Source: Torpedo marmorata
Lineage: Eukaryota
NCBI GenBank assembly: GCA_977017645.1
Contig: OZ360225.1
Coordinates: 111,600,001 to 111,664,000, forward strand
DNA: 64,000 nt
Reading direction: 5' to 3'
Of the stretch, positions 62,083 through 64,000 are shown in pieces (the stretch's first letter is position 1; the number at the start of each line of letters is the position of its first letter). The notes below the pieces were generated by a model, which was given only the letters and a program-made list of their open reading frames with translations, had not been told where the DNA came from and did not search any database. Position numbers and translations under genes: made by a program.

Positions 62083-62364
62083 GTAAATACCAGGGCCAGA
62101 ACACCTATCAGCACCAGAAAGAAACAAATGAATTAATATTATAAGTAGTCTCTTCTTCAGACTTTAGTACTCAGGAGATCCTATTTAAACAATCAATGAA
62201 AATATCAATAGAAGGGCAAGGGTACAGAATGGCAACATTAATAAATTTTGTTTTTAATCTTTGTCCGTAACATAGATTTCCTCTTCACCTTTTTGGTATT
62301 AACACATTCATAACATATTCTTCTGTTTCCCTGTTGAAATTGATTTCTGTTTATAAAGTGTCTT

Positions 62365-62715
62365 TTAGATTCATAGAGTTATACAGCACAGAAAAAAGGC
62401 CATTGGCCCCACTTGTCCATGCCGACCAAGATGCTTATTCTAATCCCATTTGCCCATCCTTGGCCCATATCCCTCTAAACCTTTACTATCCATGTACCTG
62501 TCCAAATATTATTTAAATTGTAATTTGTACCAACCTCTTCTGGCAGCTCATTCCATATACACAGCATTCTGTGTGGAAAAAATTACCCCTCAGATTCCCT
62601 TTAAATCCTTCCCCTCTCACAAATCTTTGCCCACTAGTTCTGGACTCCCCAAACCCTGGAATAAATAGATGACTATTTACTCTATCCATACACCTCAAAA
62701 ATTTATAAACCTCTA
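62365..62715 (-). mobile_element. CR1 3' fragment
   Basis: GFKGNLRGNFFHTE on the minus strand; the tail reads CATAGAG..ATACAGCACAGAAA..AGGCCATTGGCCC on +. Confidence 0.8.
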
Positions 62716-63869
62716 CCTATTGCACCAATGCCATCCAATGCAGTGACCATACTTGCAAAGTCCTTAACTTTACAAAATATAGAGCAGAAACAAGTTTGGG
62801 TTAAAATCTAAGAAGATTAAAAAGTAAACTCCATTATGCAAAGTAGACAATGCAGTGGTTGGTTAAAATATAGAACAATTTTTAGGAGATCAGGGAATTG
62901 AGGAGTATGGAACTGGCACAGAAGATGAGTTAAGGCCTTGGGTTGATCAGCCATGATAATATTGAATGGCAGGGGAGGCCTGAGGGGCTAAGTGGCCTAC
63001 TCATGCATTTTTCTTCATTGATTCAACATTTCAAGATCTCAGCAGCTCAAGGAAAAGGTTGCTCATCACAAAATTATTCATTGCACTCAATATTTCTCCC
63101 TGGGATCCATCACTGTTGTTCGACCTCAGATATTCAATCAACATTTTTCAGAATTGCAATCAAAATAATATTTTATGAATCAGTTCTACATGTGCCGTAG
63201 CTAGATGAAATATTGAAAACCTCAGCCTTAACTCTCATGGCCTTCTGAATTTGCTGATTAGAGTTTTTCTTCCTTGTAAAGTCTTAATCATCCATTCCAC
63301 GTTGCCAACAACTGATTTCTAAATGGATATCTCTTACGGAGCAAAATCATTCTAATACATTTGACAGTGAGCTGTAAAAAGAAAATGTGAATGAGGCACA
63401 AAAGGATGCCCAAAACATTGACCAGTAAGGTATTTTAGAGAGAGAGTGTCTTAAACAAGAAAAGATATTGGAAGGGACTTCCAGAGCTTCAGGGGTTAGC
63501 AGGTGATCAGCCACGAATGCTGGGTTGATTAAAACTGGGAAATGCTGAAGAACTGAAGGAGCATAGTTATCACAGAGGTTATCTGGCTGGAGATTACAAG
63601 GAAGTTCCAAACCATGAAGAGGTTTAGAAAATGATGCAATGTTTCACTTTAAAATTGATTCAATATTTTAATCCACAACAAGATGTTGGTCAAACAGTTA
63701 ATCAACTTAGAGATTGCATAAGGGCCAAGGTTAATAAAGAGGCAAAGTTTGGTGTCACCAGCTTAAATATGAAAACTGATGCCATATTGTGTGATACTCC
63801 CAACAAGTAGCCTAGAGATGATAAAAGGGAGATGATCCAGGGGAATCTCTTGGAATATTTGTATATATT

Positions 63870-64000
63870 TCTTTAATTTTATATTTTTATGTATGCGTGT
63901 GATTATAATGTGCTGTGTGAGAAATGTGTGTGTGCATCGTTGTCCGGAGACGTGTTGTTTTGTCTGGTTGTATATGTACAGTCAGATGATAAACTTGAAC
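63870..64000 (+). mobile_element. Rex1-type 3' tail running off the window
   Basis: GTCCGGAG.CGTGTTGTTTTGTCTGGTTGTATATGTACAGTCAGATGATAAACTTGAAC resembles LINE tails ending in (CTTGAA)n. Confidence 0.45.

Overview
Vertebrate, almost certainly cartilaginous-fish (elasmobranch) genomic DNA, judged from HE1/V-SINE, Deu-SINE, CR1, Rex1 and Penelope repeats. I find no host protein-coding gene; every long ORF is transposon-derived or spurious. The one clear gene is a miR-124 hairpin (+ strand, mature 3p at 27395-27416) whose loop and flanks match the mir-124-2 paralogue. It sits in a ~16 kb CpG-rich, transposon-poor domain (~17.6-33.2 kb) with candidate promoter, splice sites, CRE, RE1-like and neural-enhancer-like motifs, consistent with a MIR124-2HG-type lncRNA locus. 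The flanks are repeat-dense: Rex1/Babar, CR1, RTE, Penelope (with decayed hammerhead motifs), a Chapaev3 derivative, Tigger-like MITEs and a solo LTR. At 48.7-62.1 kb there is a nested complex: two inverted Gmr1-type Gypsy copies (SCAN-like gag, IN before RT) sharing frameshifts, an L1 inside an L1 inside the protease (outer duplication 65 bp), and an L1 tail at the inversion junction. The best candidate for something undescribed is a decayed second miR-124-like hairpin just upstream of the real one, inside a putative short intron that ends at the hairpin base. All regulatory calls are motif-level inferences made by eye.
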